From IMG/VR virus record IMGVR_UViG_3300006802_014262, positions 4,328 through 68,327 of that record: DNA of 64,000 nucleotides; one strand, written 5' to 3'. The stretch is from a virus (lineage: Duplodnaviria > Caudoviricetes). The notes beneath the pieces were generated by a model. The model saw only the letters and a list, made by a program, of their open reading frames with translations, did not search any database and had not been told where the DNA came from. The position numbers and the translations under genes are program-made. Shown piece by piece: positions 10,162 to 21,400 of this stretch (positions within the stretch are counted from its first letter, which is position 1; every line of letters begins with the position of its first letter).

Positions 10162-10184
10162 TTCTAAATTAATAGAATAAAAAG

Positions 10185-10213
10185 AAGGGACTCGCTTAGC
10201 GAGTCCTTTTTTT
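10185..10213 (+). terminator. Intrinsic terminator after capsid gene
   Basis: AAGGGACTCGC-tta-GCGAGTCCTTT then T-run. Confidence 0.9.
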
Positions 10214-10382
10214 GTTCATATTTATTGAAAACTAATAAGTTTTATGAGTGGAAAAATCACAAGAATGCCGCTTATTACCAATTTGAATATTAATATATAC
10301 AACTATATTATCTCCTATTTACCCGCTGTATTAGACGGGCTAATCAACAAATCAACAATTTTATTCACTAAACAACTGTATT

Positions 10383-11096
10383 ATGAGTTCAAATCATCAT
10401 GAAGACGAGATCTTCAAGGAGAAACGTAAACCTAAAACTCCAATTAAATTTAAAATTCAATTAAACGAAGAACAGAAACAAGCAAAGGAAAAAATTTTAA
10501 ATAATACAGTTACATTATTAGCTGGTTCAGCGGGTTCAGGTAAAACCTTATTAGCATGTCAAATAGCATTAGAAAAGCTATTTATGAAAGAAGTAGAAAA
10601 AGTAATTATTACTAGACCTACAGTATCAAAAGAAGAAATTGGTTTCTTACCAGGTGACTTAAGAGAAAAAATGGATCCTTGGGTTCAACCAATTTATCAA
10701 AACATGTTTTTATTATATGATAAAGTCGCTATAGAAAAACACATTAATGAAGGTAATATAGAAATTGTACCTGTATCATTTATGCGTGGTAGAACATTTG
10801 TTAACTCAATTGTTATTGTAGATGAGGCCCAAAATGTAACACATGAACAAATGGAAATGATTGTTACTCGTATTGGTATTGATTCTAAAATGATAGTATG
10901 TGGTGATGATAATCAAGTAGATTTAAAAAATAAACGCGATTCTGGATTTAAATTCTTATATACAGCAGCATCAAAAATTAAAAATTTGATTGGAATTAAA
11001 TTAACTACTAACCATAGAAATCCAATAGTTGAAGATTTAATTGAATTATACAATGATGCTTACGAAAGAGGTATGACTAATGTTAAAATTAAATAA
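10383..11096 (+). CDS. phoH: PhoH-like ATPase
   Basis: GSAGSGKT, ITRP, IGFLPGDL.EK, FMRGRTF, DEAQN, GD..Q.D, HR. Confidence 0.95.
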   Translation: MSSNHHEDEIFKEKRKPKTPIKFKIQLNEEQKQAKEKILNNTVTLLAGSAGSGKTLLACQIALEKLFMKEVEKVIITRPTVSKEEIGFLPGDLREKMDPWVQPIYQNMFLLYDKVAIEKHINEGNIEIVPVSFMRGRTFVNSIVIVDEAQNVTHEQMEMIVTRIGIDSKMIVCGDDNQVDLKNKRDSGFKFLYTAASKIKNLIGIKLTTNHRNPIVEDLIELYNDAYERGMTNVKIK

Positions 11097-11134
11097 TAGG
11101 AACCATATTTTTCCGATATTTATAATTAAAAGGC

Positions 11135-11515
11135 ATGGCAACTTTCACTTCCCAAATATTTGAAATTTTAACTTTAAATGGAGATAACGTAGGATCTTCT
11201 GTTATTAACACTATTAATGATATTAATTATGTAGATAACAGAATCCTTAGTATCCCTACTGGGTCAATCACTACATTATTTTCAATGGATGATAAACCAG
11301 GCGCAGGTACATTTGTAACAAGTAGCATTAAATATATTAGAGTAACTAATACATCTCCTATAGTTCCAGTAAAATTAATTGTATCTTCTTCAACAGAAGC
11401 TATGAGTTATTTAATCACAGCTGGTAGTTCATATATGTTATCAACAAGTAAAATAACAGGTAGTGTAGATAGTGGCAGCTTTAATTTTAGTGATATTAAA
11501 TCTGTAAAAGCATAA
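11135..11515 (+). CDS. Virion structural protein, probably truncated by a premature TAA (frame continues to 11563)
   Basis: Late motif upstream, beta-rich sequence. After TAA the same frame reads PSGSVATLEYYIATT* to 11563. Confidence 0.6.
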   Translation: MATFTSQIFEILTLNGDNVGSSVINTINDINYVDNRILSIPTGSITTLFSMDDKPGAGTFVTSSIKYIRVTNTSPIVPVKLIVSSSTEAMSYLITAGSSYMLSTSKITGSVDSGSFNFSDIKSVKA

Positions 11516-11572
11516 CCTTCAGGAAGTGTAGCTACATTAGAATATTACATTGCAACAACTTAATAAAATAAC

Positions 11573-12793
11573 ATGAATATACCTATTTGGCCCGGTTCTA
11601 GTTCATTCGCAGCTGTATCCGCATCTTATTATAATATTCCTTCATCAGGAATACCTCCAACTCCATTTGGATTTTATGATAATGAAGCTCAATTTAAAAC
11701 AGATGCTGATAGTGTAGCTATGTTTGTTACTCGTAGATTAGGATATCCTATTATGGATATTGAACTTCAAGATATTAACATATATGCTGCTTTTGAAGAA
11801 GCAGTTACTACATATGGAAATGAATTATATGCTTTTTTAACTAGAGATAATTACCTTTCATTTGAAGGAGCTTCAACATCTATTGATGCTGATAACGCTT
11901 TAATTACTCCTTCAATGGCTAATATTGTTAGATTATCAGAACAATATGGAGAAGAAGCAGGTTCAGGTGGTAATGTTACTTGGAGAAAAGGCAGATTAAA
12001 TTTAATTCCAGGTGTACAAAGATATGATTTAAAAGCCTGGGCAGATTCTCAGGGTATTGTAGGTGGAATTGAAATTAAAAGAGTATTTTACCAACCACCA
12101 CCAGCGGTATCTCAAATGTTCGCTCCTTTCTTAGGAACAATGGCTGGAGGTTTAGGTGGTGTGCCAGCAGCAGGTGCTTATGGTTTAGGTATGGGTTATA
12201 CAAATTATTTAATGATGCCTACAAGTTTTACAGCTCAAACTATCCAAGCTATTGAGATGCAAAACACTATAACATTATCTAATTATACATTTGAAATCAC
12301 AAATAATGTAATATCAGTATTCCCAATTCCTGGAACTGGTTTCTTTAATGGAGAAGTTGATGATAATTTAGATTATGGAATGTATCTAAATTTTGAATAT
12401 ATTGTATTACAAGAAAGATTAGATTCAGCTTTTGGTAATGGTACTAATAAAATTACTAACACATCAAATGTACCTTATACTAATCCGAATTATAATAAAC
12501 TCAATTCAGTAGGTAGAAGCTGGATATATGAGTATACTTTAGCTTTATCTAAAGAAATATTAGGATATGTTAGAGGAAAATATAGTACTGTTCCTATCCC
12601 AAATGCTGAAGTTACTTTAAATCAACAAGATTTATTAGCATCAGCTACATTAACAAAAGAAGCATTAATAACAAGATTAAGAGAATATTTTGATCAAACT
12701 TCTCGTCAAGCATTACTTGAAAGAAGAGCAGCTGAATCAGCAGCACGTGTGACAGAAATACAACAAGTACCAATGGTAATTTATATAGCATAA
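11573..12793 (+). CDS. Neck / head-tail adaptor (T4 gp13-like)
   Basis: RRLGYPIMDIEL and WIYEYTLALSKEILGYVRGKY..VPIP...VTLN motifs; position after capsid. Confidence 0.8.
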   Translation: MNIPIWPGSSSFAAVSASYYNIPSSGIPPTPFGFYDNEAQFKTDADSVAMFVTRRLGYPIMDIELQDINIYAAFEEAVTTYGNELYAFLTRDNYLSFEGASTSIDADNALITPSMANIVRLSEQYGEEAGSGGNVTWRKGRLNLIPGVQRYDLKAWADSQGIVGGIEIKRVFYQPPPAVSQMFAPFLGTMAGGLGGVPAAGAYGLGMGYTNYLMMPTSFTAQTIQAIEMQNTITLSNYTFEITNNVISVFPIPGTGFFNGEVDDNLDYGMYLNFEYIVLQERLDSAFGNGTNKITNTSNVPYTNPNYNKLNSVGRSWIYEYTLALSKEILGYVRGKYSTVPIPNAEVTLNQQDLLASATLTKEALITRLREYFDQTSRQALLERRAAESAARVTEIQQVPMVIYIA

Positions 12794-12794
12794 A

Positions 12795-13343
12795 ATGGCG
12801 TTATTCGGAAGTACAAGAGATGTTTCAGCTTTAAGGTATATTAATAGAGAATTAATGGGTAATGTTATTACCCAACAGGTTGCTTATTACAAATATAACC
12901 TAGGTCAAACTAGAGTTAATATGTATGGTGAAAATGTAGAAGGTAAATTTTATATAGGACCTGTTCTATTAAATTGTTTAATTGAAAGAAATGACCAAGC
13001 ATTCCCTACAAGTGATTTAGGTCCTGATTTAGCTTGGGGTATAAAAGCAGCATTTTTGAAAGATGATTTATTAAATAAAAATTATGATTTTAACATTGAT
13101 ACTGAGTTTTATGGAGCTAATTTAGTACCACAAGTAGGAGATATTATTTTATTCCAAAATGGATACTTTGAAGTAGATAATGTAATTATGAACCAACAAT
13201 TTGTAGGTAAAGACCCTGATTATCCATATAATGTAAACCCTTTAAATCCAGGATTACAAAACTTTGGTTGGGATCAATCAGTTGTTTGTGATTGTCATTA
13301 CGTACCACAAGATAGAGTAAATATAACTAAAGCAAGATTATAA
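12795..13343 (+). CDS. Head closure / neck protein (gp14-like)
   Basis: NMYGE and PQVGDII.F....FEV motifs; synteny after gp13-like gene. Confidence 0.65.
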   Translation: MALFGSTRDVSALRYINRELMGNVITQQVAYYKYNLGQTRVNMYGENVEGKFYIGPVLLNCLIERNDQAFPTSDLGPDLAWGIKAAFLKDDLLNKNYDFNIDTEFYGANLVPQVGDIILFQNGYFEVDNVIMNQQFVGKDPDYPYNVNPLNPGLQNFGWDQSVVCDCHYVPQDRVNITKARL

Positions 13344-14239
13344 TGGCAGGAAGAATTCCAATACCTAAAACACAAAAACAAATACTTGTAGATCAACAAG
13401 TACCTTTTGATGTTGAAAGAGGTAATCCTAATAAATCTAATAATCCTAATAGAGGCACACAAACTTCTTTTAGGAATGACTCTACTGAACCTTTTAGTAT
13501 TGGTCTTGAAGATATTGATAGTGCTATTATGTATTACTTTCAAAATGTTATTAGACCTTATGTAGTACAAAACGAAGAAAGAATAGAAGTTCCTGTTATA
13601 TATGGTTCACCTGAAAAATGGAAATCATATCAAAAGGATGGTTACTATAGAGATGTAAATGGTGCTATTATGGCTCCACTTATTATGTTTAAAAGAGATA
13701 GTATAGAAAAAAATAGAACTATAGCTAATAAATTAGACGCTAATAAACCTAATAATTATACTGTAACTGAAAAACAATATTCTCCAGGTAACGTATATAG
13801 TAATTTTAACGTTTTAACTAATAGAAGACCAGTTACTACATATTACGCTTCAGTAGTACCTGATTATTTAACATTAACTTATAGTTGTGTAGTATTTACT
13901 TATTATGTAGAACAATTAAATAAAATAGTAGAAGCAATTGAATACGCTTCAGACGCATATTGGGGTAACCCAGAACAATTTCAATTCCAAACTCGTATTG
14001 ATTCGTTCAATACAGTAACCGAATTACAAAACAATGCTGAAAGATTAGTTAGAAGTACTTTTAATATTAAAGTATATGGCTATATAGTCCCAGAAGTATT
14101 ACAAAAAGATTTAAACTCTATTAAGAAATTTTCAAGTAAAAGTAAAATTATTGTAGGAATAGAATCAACACTGTCAGACATACCATTAGTCCCAGTTCAA
14201 GCAAAAGCATCTACTATAATAATAGCAAACGAATTATAA
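13343..14239 (+). CDS. Tail sheath stabilizer / tail terminator (gp15-like)
   Basis: VPVIYGSPEKW, P.IMFKR, VPDY..LTY, EQLNKIVE; synteny. Confidence 0.7.
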   Translation: MAGRIPIPKTQKQILVDQQVPFDVERGNPNKSNNPNRGTQTSFRNDSTEPFSIGLEDIDSAIMYYFQNVIRPYVVQNEERIEVPVIYGSPEKWKSYQKDGYYRDVNGAIMAPLIMFKRDSIEKNRTIANKLDANKPNNYTVTEKQYSPGNVYSNFNVLTNRRPVTTYYASVVPDYLTLTYSCVVFTYYVEQLNKIVEAIEYASDAYWGNPEQFQFQTRIDSFNTVTELQNNAERLVRSTFNIKVYGYIVPEVLQKDLNSIKKFSSKSKIIVGIESTLSDIPLVPVQAKASTIIIANEL

Positions 14240-14240
14240 C

Positions 14241-17200
14241 ATGGCCAGAATAAATAACTCTATACCAAGAAACAATGTAAGATTTTTAGATCAAGTATCT
14301 TTAGCTTCTTTTCAAGTGCCTACTTCAGGTAGTGGAGGAGGAGGTGAATCTGGTTTATCTGGTTTAGATGGCCAATCTGGTTTATCAGGATTATCTGGTT
14401 TAAGTGGTATTTCAGGCTTAAGTGGTATTGGTTTATCTGGTCTTTCCGGTTTAAGTGGAATAGGACTTTCAGGACTTTCAGGCTTAAGTGGAAATAGTAC
14501 TTCAGGACTTTCAGGTATAAGTGGAATATCAGGTTTATCAGGTACAAGTGGTATTTCAGGCTTAAGTGGTACCTCAGGTATTTCAGGCTTAAGTGGAATT
14601 GGTACATCTGGTTTATCAGGTATTTCAGGCTTAAGCGGTCGCTCAGGTTTGTCAGGCTTATCAGGCTTATCAGGCATAAGTGGTATATCAGGTCTAAGTG
14701 GTATTTCAGGTATTTCAGGACTTTCAGGAACATTAGGTATATCTGGTATAAGTGGACTAAGTGGTACTTCAGGTATTTCAGGTTTAAGTGGAACTATTGG
14801 CACTTCAGGTATTTCAGGTATCTCTGGTTTAAGTGGTACTTTAGGTATATCAGGACTTTCAGGTCTTTCAGGCTTAGAAGGTATTTCAGGTTTAAGTGGT
14901 GACTCTGGTCTTTCAGGCTTAAGTGGTTTAGAAGGTATTTCAGGTTTATCAGGTATATCAGGCTTAAGTGGTATATCAGGTATAATAGGAACAAGCGGTT
15001 TATCAGGATTAAGTGGTATAGGTACTTCAGGTTTATCTGGTCAATCAGGTATTTCAGGACTTTCAGGTATATCAGGTATATCTGGTATAAGTGGTATATC
15101 TGGTTTAAGTGGCTTAGAAGGTACTTCAGGCTTAAGTGGTATATCAGGTATAAGTGGTATTGGTTTATCTGGTCTCTCAGGTTTAAGTGGTTTAGAAGGC
15201 ATTTCAGGCTTAGAAGGTATTTCAGGTATAAGTGGTATTTCAGGTATATCAGGACTTTCAGGTACATCAGGTATTTCTGGTCTTAGTGGAGTTGGTATTT
15301 CAGGTCTAAGTGGTATCGGTACATCTGGTTTAAGTGGTTTAGAAGGTATTTCAGGTTTATTTGGTTTAAGTGGTTTAGAAGGAAATTCAGGTATTTCAGG
15401 TTTAATTGGTACAGGTATTTCAGGCTTAAGTGGAATTGGTAGTTCTGGTTTAAGTGGTTTATCAGGTAATTCTGGTTTAAGTGGTTTATCAGGAACTAAT
15501 GGTGATTCTGGTCTTTCAGGATTATCAGGTATAAGTGGTATTTCAGGTATATCAGGTTTATCAGGACTTTCAGGTCTATCAGGATTAAGTGGAGAAGCAG
15601 GAAATTCAGGAGGTCAAAATTTCTTTGTAAATTCTTCAGCGTCAGGTAGCTCATCTCCTTACTTTCAATTAAGTAGACTTACATTATCAGCTTCTGAACA
15701 AGTTATCCCAGTAAATTTATCAGCGAGTCAACAAAACGCTATAGTTGATTCAGGATGGATAACAGATAATGGTATTCCTGGTGTATCTGTAATTCCAAAT
15801 GGAATATGGCATTCATATAGTTATTTTACTAAACCTGCTGTAAATGATAATATTACTTCTTACTACACTATATCTAAATATACTACAGGTAGTGTCGAAA
15901 CCTTGTTATTCACATCAGATACTATACAATTAGGTTGGGATACAAATAACACAACACCTGTTGAAGTTAAAAATAATGCTATAGCTACAACAGCTATATT
16001 AGATCCAACAGATAGATTAGTTTATAAAATATATGTTAATAATAATCAACCTTCACCTAAAACTGTTAATTTTTATACTCAAGGTACACAACATTATTCA
16101 TATTTAGTAACTACATTAGGAGTTACAGCTACTTCAGGTCTAAGTGGTTTATCAGGTATCTCAGGTCTATCAGGTTTAAGTGGTATTTCAGGTTTAAGTG
16201 GTATTTCAGGTCTATCAGGTCTATCAGGACTTTCAGGTACATCTGGTATTTCAGGACTTTTAGGTCTAAGTGGTATATCAGGCTTATCAGGTATTTCAGG
16301 TTTATCAGGTGAATCTGGTTTAAGTGGTTTATCTGGTATCTCAGGACTTTCAGGTATATCAGGTTTATCAGGTCTAAGTGGTATATCAGGATTATCAGGT
16401 GTTTCAGGTTTATCAGGTATCTCTGGTTTATCAGGTCTTTCAGGTATCTCTGGATTATCAGGATTTTCTGGATTATCAGGTATATCAGGTTTAAGTGGAG
16501 CAACTGGTATAACAGCAGGTCAAACATATTATTTTAATGAAAGTCAAAATTCAGATGTTTCAGGATACAAAGTATTAGCTGCTACTCCATCAACAGCTTC
16601 TCAACAAACATTAACAACAAATTTAACAGGAAATCAGCAAGGAGTTCTTGTTTCAGATTATATAACTCCACAATTAGGATTCGCAGTAATACCAGCAGGT
16701 ATTCAAAGATTCCATTTTAATTATTTAAAACAAGCATCTAATGATCAAATTAATGCTTATTGTGAAATACAATTAGCTAATTCATCAGGTACTCCTATTG
16801 GTCCTGCTATAACATCTAGTGATGCTTTAATTGGATGGGTAAATGCTTCAACACCAGTTGAAACTAATGTTGATATAGTATTACCTACAACAACTATAGA
16901 TCCAACTAACAGAATGATTGTTAGATTGTATTTAAATAATGATGATGCAACAGCACATTCAGTTGTATATTATACAGAAGGTAGCGCTTACTATTCATTT
17001 GTTATAACAACAGTAGGTTCTATAGGTAATTCAGGTCTTTCAGGTTTATCAGGTATAAGCGGATTAAGCGGTATTTCAGGTTTATCAGGAATATCAGGAT
17101 TAAGTGGTATATCCGGCATATCAGGTTTAGAAGGTATATCAGGCATCTCAGGTCTAAGTGGTACTATAGGACTTTCAGGTTTAAGTGGCATCTCAGGGAT

Positions 17201-18389
17201 TTCAGGTTTATCTGGTTTAAGTGGTTTGTCAGGCTTATCAGGTCTATCAGGTTTAAGCGGTTTATCAGGTGCAAATGGTACTTCAGGTATTTCAGGTTTA
17301 GAAGGTTTAAGCGGTTTATCAGGTCTATCAGGTTTAAGCGGCGTAAGTGGCTTATCAGGTCTTTCAGGTCTATCAGGTATATCAGGTTTAAGCGGCGTAA
17401 GTGGCTTATCAGGCATCTCAGGACTTTCAGGTACAAGTGGTATATCAGGTTTATCCGGTACTGTAGGTACTTCAGGTATAAGCGGTTTGTCAGGAACTAA
17501 TGGTACAAACGGAACTTCAGGACTTTCAGGTTTAGAAGGTACTTCAGGATTATCAGGTTTAAGTGGTCTATCAGGAATTTCAGGTTTATCAGGAAATGTA
17601 GGAACATCAGGTATTTCAGGTTTAAGTGGTACTGTTGGAACTTCAGGTTTAAGTGGCATTTCAGGTTTATCAGGCACTAACGGTACAAACGGAACATCAG
17701 GTCTTTCAGGACTAAGTGGTATATCTGGTTTATCAGGAACTGTAGGAACATCAGGTATTTCTGGTATCTCAGGTCTTTCAGGGTTATCAGGTATAAGTGG
17801 TCTATCAGGAATTTCAGGCATCTCAGGTTTAAGTAGTATTTCAGGTCTTTCAGGAACTGTAGGTACATCAGGTTTATCAGGTACTTCAGGTTTATCAGGA
17901 ATTTCAGGTATATCAGGTACATTAGCCTTAACCGGTACAACAGATAATGGAGTAATTACTTATATAAGTTCTTCAAATTCAGGACAAGTTGAAACTAATT
18001 TAACATTTGATGGAACAACATTAAACGTTATTGGTGATATAGTAACAGATACAAATTACGCAACTGTAGTAGCATCAGCTACTGTTAATGCTTCAGGAAC
18101 TGCTCCAGTATTAACTTATAATTCTAATACTTATTGTGCTTCAATGGTTGAATTATATGTAGAAAATACATCTACTACTCCAAACTTTAGATTAACTACA
18201 ATTCATATTGCTAATGATAGTAATGGAAACTTTGATTATAATGAAACAGCAACACCTGATGTTGGTAGCACAACAGATTTAACATTTACTGTCACTTATA
18301 GTACTCCTAATATTATTATCACAGCTGTAAATGCTTCATCAGGTGATCAATACGGTGTAAGAGTATTCCCACGATTAATAAAATTTTAA
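14241..18389 (+). CDS. Collagen-like Gly-X-Ser repeat fibre protein 1 (1382 aa)
   Basis: Three blocks of G-L-S/G-I-S/G-T-S triplets (~14350-15600, ~16130-16500, ~17030-17920) separated by two related globular domains; beta-rich C-terminal domain. Confidence 0.8.
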   Translation: MARINNSIPRNNVRFLDQVSLASFQVPTSGSGGGGESGLSGLDGQSGLSGLSGLSGISGLSGIGLSGLSGLSGIGLSGLSGLSGNSTSGLSGISGISGLSGTSGISGLSGTSGISGLSGIGTSGLSGISGLSGRSGLSGLSGLSGISGISGLSGISGISGLSGTLGISGISGLSGTSGISGLSGTIGTSGISGISGLSGTLGISGLSGLSGLEGISGLSGDSGLSGLSGLEGISGLSGISGLSGISGIIGTSGLSGLSGIGTSGLSGQSGISGLSGISGISGISGISGLSGLEGTSGLSGISGISGIGLSGLSGLSGLEGISGLEGISGISGISGISGLSGTSGISGLSGVGISGLSGIGTSGLSGLEGISGLFGLSGLEGNSGISGLIGTGISGLSGIGSSGLSGLSGNSGLSGLSGTNGDSGLSGLSGISGISGISGLSGLSGLSGLSGEAGNSGGQNFFVNSSASGSSSPYFQLSRLTLSASEQVIPVNLSASQQNAIVDSGWITDNGIPGVSVIPNGIWHSYSYFTKPAVNDNITSYYTISKYTTGSVETLLFTSDTIQLGWDTNNTTPVEVKNNAIATTAILDPTDRLVYKIYVNNNQPSPKTVNFYTQGTQHYSYLVTTLGVTATSGLSGLSGISGLSGLSGISGLSGISGLSGLSGLSGTSGISGLLGLSGISGLSGISGLSGESGLSGLSGISGLSGISGLSGLSGISGLSGVSGLSGISGLSGLSGISGLSGFSGLSGISGLSGATGITAGQTYYFNESQNSDVSGYKVLAATPSTASQQTLTTNLTGNQQGVLVSDYITPQLGFAVIPAGIQRFHFNYLKQASNDQINAYCEIQLANSSGTPIGPAITSSDALIGWVNASTPVETNVDIVLPTTTIDPTNRMIVRLYLNNDDATAHSVVYYTEGSAYYSFVITTVGSIGNSGLSGLSGISGLSGISGLSGISGLSGISGISGLEGISGISGLSGTIGLSGLSGISGISGLSGLSGLSGLSGLSGLSGLSGANGTSGISGLEGLSGLSGLSGLSGVSGLSGLSGLSGISGLSGVSGLSGISGLSGTSGISGLSGTVGTSGISGLSGTNGTNGTSGLSGLEGTSGLSGLSGLSGISGLSGNVGTSGISGLSGTVGTSGLSGISGLSGTNGTNGTSGLSGLSGISGLSGTVGTSGISGISGLSGLSGISGLSGISGISGLSSISGLSGTVGTSGLSGTSGLSGISGISGTLALTGTTDNGVITYISSSNSGQVETNLTFDGTTLNVIGDIVTDTNYATVVASATVNASGTAPVLTYNSNTYCASMVELYVENTSTTPNFRLTTIHIANDSNGNFDYNETATPDVGSTTDLTFTVTYSTPNIIITAVNASSGDQYGVRVFPRLIKF

Positions 18390-18443
18390 TAAAACAAATA
18401 TAAAATAATATTTATATATAACCAGGATATTGAACGGTAAAAC

Positions 18444-21400
18444 ATGGCGCACGAATTTATAGTAAAAAAAGGTCTGATAGTAACAGGCTCATTAAATGTA
18501 TCAGGTAGTGTAAAACTTCCTGATATTCCTCAAGGTACAACTGAAACTAATATTGTATTATTAAACAATTCAGGTAGTTTAGTTTATAGATCAAATTTAA
18601 GTTTATCAGGTATTTCTGGTATAAGTGGTCTATCAGGTATCTCAGGACTTTCAGGCGTAAGTGGTTTATCAGGTCTTTCAGGAACATCCGGCTTATCAGG
18701 CATCTCAGGTTTAAGTGGTATATCCGGTATAAGTGGCTTAAGTGGCATCTCAGGTTTAAGTGGTACAGTAGGTACTTCAGGTTTATCAGGCATCTCAGGT
18801 TTATCAGGTATTTCAGGCTTAAGTGGTACTTCAGGTATTTCAGGTTTATCAGGTATAAGTGGATTATCTGGTATTTCAGGTATTTCTGGTTTATCAGCGG
18901 CAACATCAATTACTAATAATACAAATAATTATGTTGTAACTGCTACAGGAAACTCAGGAACTCCTTTTAATGGTGAAGCTAATCTTCAATTTGACGGTAA
19001 TACATTACAATTGTTATATCAATCAGGAGATGAGGGTGGAGAAATATTAATGGGTAAACCCGCTACTAATACTACACTTACTGGTTCAGGTGTTACATTT
19101 GACCTTTTTAAAAATCAAATAAGATTTTTTGAACAAGGAGGAGCTGCAAGAGGAGCATATATAGATATAGCAGCTTGTGCTCCTGGTGTAGGAACTAACT
19201 TAGTAGTAGCAGGAACATCAGGTTTATCAGGAACTTCAGGTATAAGTGGTTTAAGTGGTACATCAGGTATTTCAGGTCTAAGTGGTCAAGTTGGTACATC
19301 TGGTTTATCAGGTATATCAGGACTCTCAGGTCAAGTTGGTACTTCAGGTTTATCAGGTATATCAGGACTCTCAGGTCTAAGTGGTACATCTGGTTTATCA
19401 GGCATCTCAGGCCTTTCAGGCACATCAGGCATCTCAGGTATTTCAGGTTTAAGTGGTAATAGTACTTCAGGTTTATCTGGTCTTTCAGGAATTTCAGGCT
19501 TAAGTGGTCAATCAGGAATTTCAGGTCTAAGTGGTACAGTTGGTACTTCAGGTATATCAGGTATTTCAGGTTTATCAGGTACATCAGGTATCTCAGGATT
19601 AAGTGGTCAATCAGGTATTTCTGGTTTATCCGGTATTTCTGGTTTATCAGGTACATCAGGTATCTCAGGACTTTCAGGTACATCAGGTATTTCAGGTCTA
19701 AGTGGAACTTCAGGAATTTCTGGTTTATCCGGTATATCAGGTTTAAGTGGTATATCAGGTTTATCAGGTCGTTCAGGACTTGTTGGTACATCATTGTCAT
19801 GGCAGGGTGCTTGGAACGTAGCTACAGATTATGCAATTAATGAAGCTGTTTATTATAATGGAAGCTCATATGTTTGTATTTTAGGAAACACAGGTCAAAC
19901 ACCTTCTTCATCTCCAACTTATTGGAGTATAGTAGCTCAATCAGGCTTAAGTGGTATTTCAGGTATAAGTCTTGTATGGAGAGGAATTTGGAACGCTGGT
20001 GTAACTTATTCTATAAATGATGTAGTTTATTATGAAGGTGGATCATATATCTCTTTAGAAAATAATAATACAAACTCTACACCTAGTGCTTTATTTAAAT
20101 GGGCTAATATGTCTGTTTCAGGTTTAAGTGGTGTTAGTGGTATAAGTGGTTTAAGTGGTACAGTAGGTACTTCAGGACTTTCAGGTATATCTGGTTTATC
20201 AGGTACCTCAGGAATTTCAGGTATTTCAGGATTATCAGGCCGTTCAGGTATTTCAGGTATAGGTTTACTTTGGACAGGAGCTTATAATAGTGGAACTTCA
20301 TACACTGTAAATCAATTAGTTTCTTATTTAGGTAGCTCATGGATTTGTATTTTAAATACACCAGGTGGTGAAGCTCCTCCAAATGCTACATATTGGAATT
20401 TAGTAGCTCAATCAGGTATTTCAGGTTTATCAGGTTTAAGTGGTATATCAGGTTTATCAGGCGCATCAGGTATATCAGGTTTAAGTGGTACATCAGGCGC
20501 AAGTGGTGCTTCAGGTCAAGTTGGAACCTCAGGTCTTTCAGGTCTATCAGGCGCTTCAGGCGCAAGTGGAGCATCAGGAGCTTCAGGCCAAGTAGGAACT
20601 TCAGGACTTTCAGGTATATCAGGTTTAAGTGGGGCTTCAGGTGCTTCAGGCGCAAGTGGTGCTTCAGGTACTTCAGGTTTATCAGGTCGTTCAGGTATTT
20701 CAGGTATAGGACTTTTATGGCAAGGAGCATATTCTGGAGCTGCAACATATAGTATAAATGATTTAGTATCATATTTAGGTAGTTCGTGGATTTCAACTAC
20801 AAACGGAAATAATAGTAATACTCCTGGTACAACAGCTGATTGGGCTTTAGTAGCTCAATCAGGCATCTCAGGCTTATCAGGTACATCAGGAGCTTCAGGA
20901 CAAGTAGGTATATCAGGTATCTCTGGTTTAAGTGGCGCTTCAGGAGCATCAGGTGCTTCAGGTCAAGTAGGTACGTCAGGAATTTCGGGTTTATCAGGTC
21001 GTTCAGGTCTTTCAGGTTTATCAGGTCAAGTAGGGGTAGTAGGTACATCAGGTTTATCTGGTTTATCAGGTTCAGGAGGATCAGCGGGTACTTCAGGTAT
21101 TTCAGGATTAAGTGGTCAGGTTGGTGCCTCAGGCCAAGTAGGTACTTCAGGTATCTCAGGTCTATCAGGAGCAAGCGGTGCTTCAGGAGCTTCAGGTCAA
21201 GTAGGAACCTCAGGTCTATCAGGTGCAAGTGGTGCTTCAGGAGCTTCAGGCCAAGTAGGCACATCAGGCATCTCAGGTCTATCAGGAGTAAGTGGAGCAT
21301 CAGGCGCAAGTGGCGCCTCAGGCCAAGTAGGTACTTCAGGCATCTCAGGTCTATCAGGAGCAAGTGGAGCATCAGGCGCAAGTGGCGCTTCAGGTGCAAG

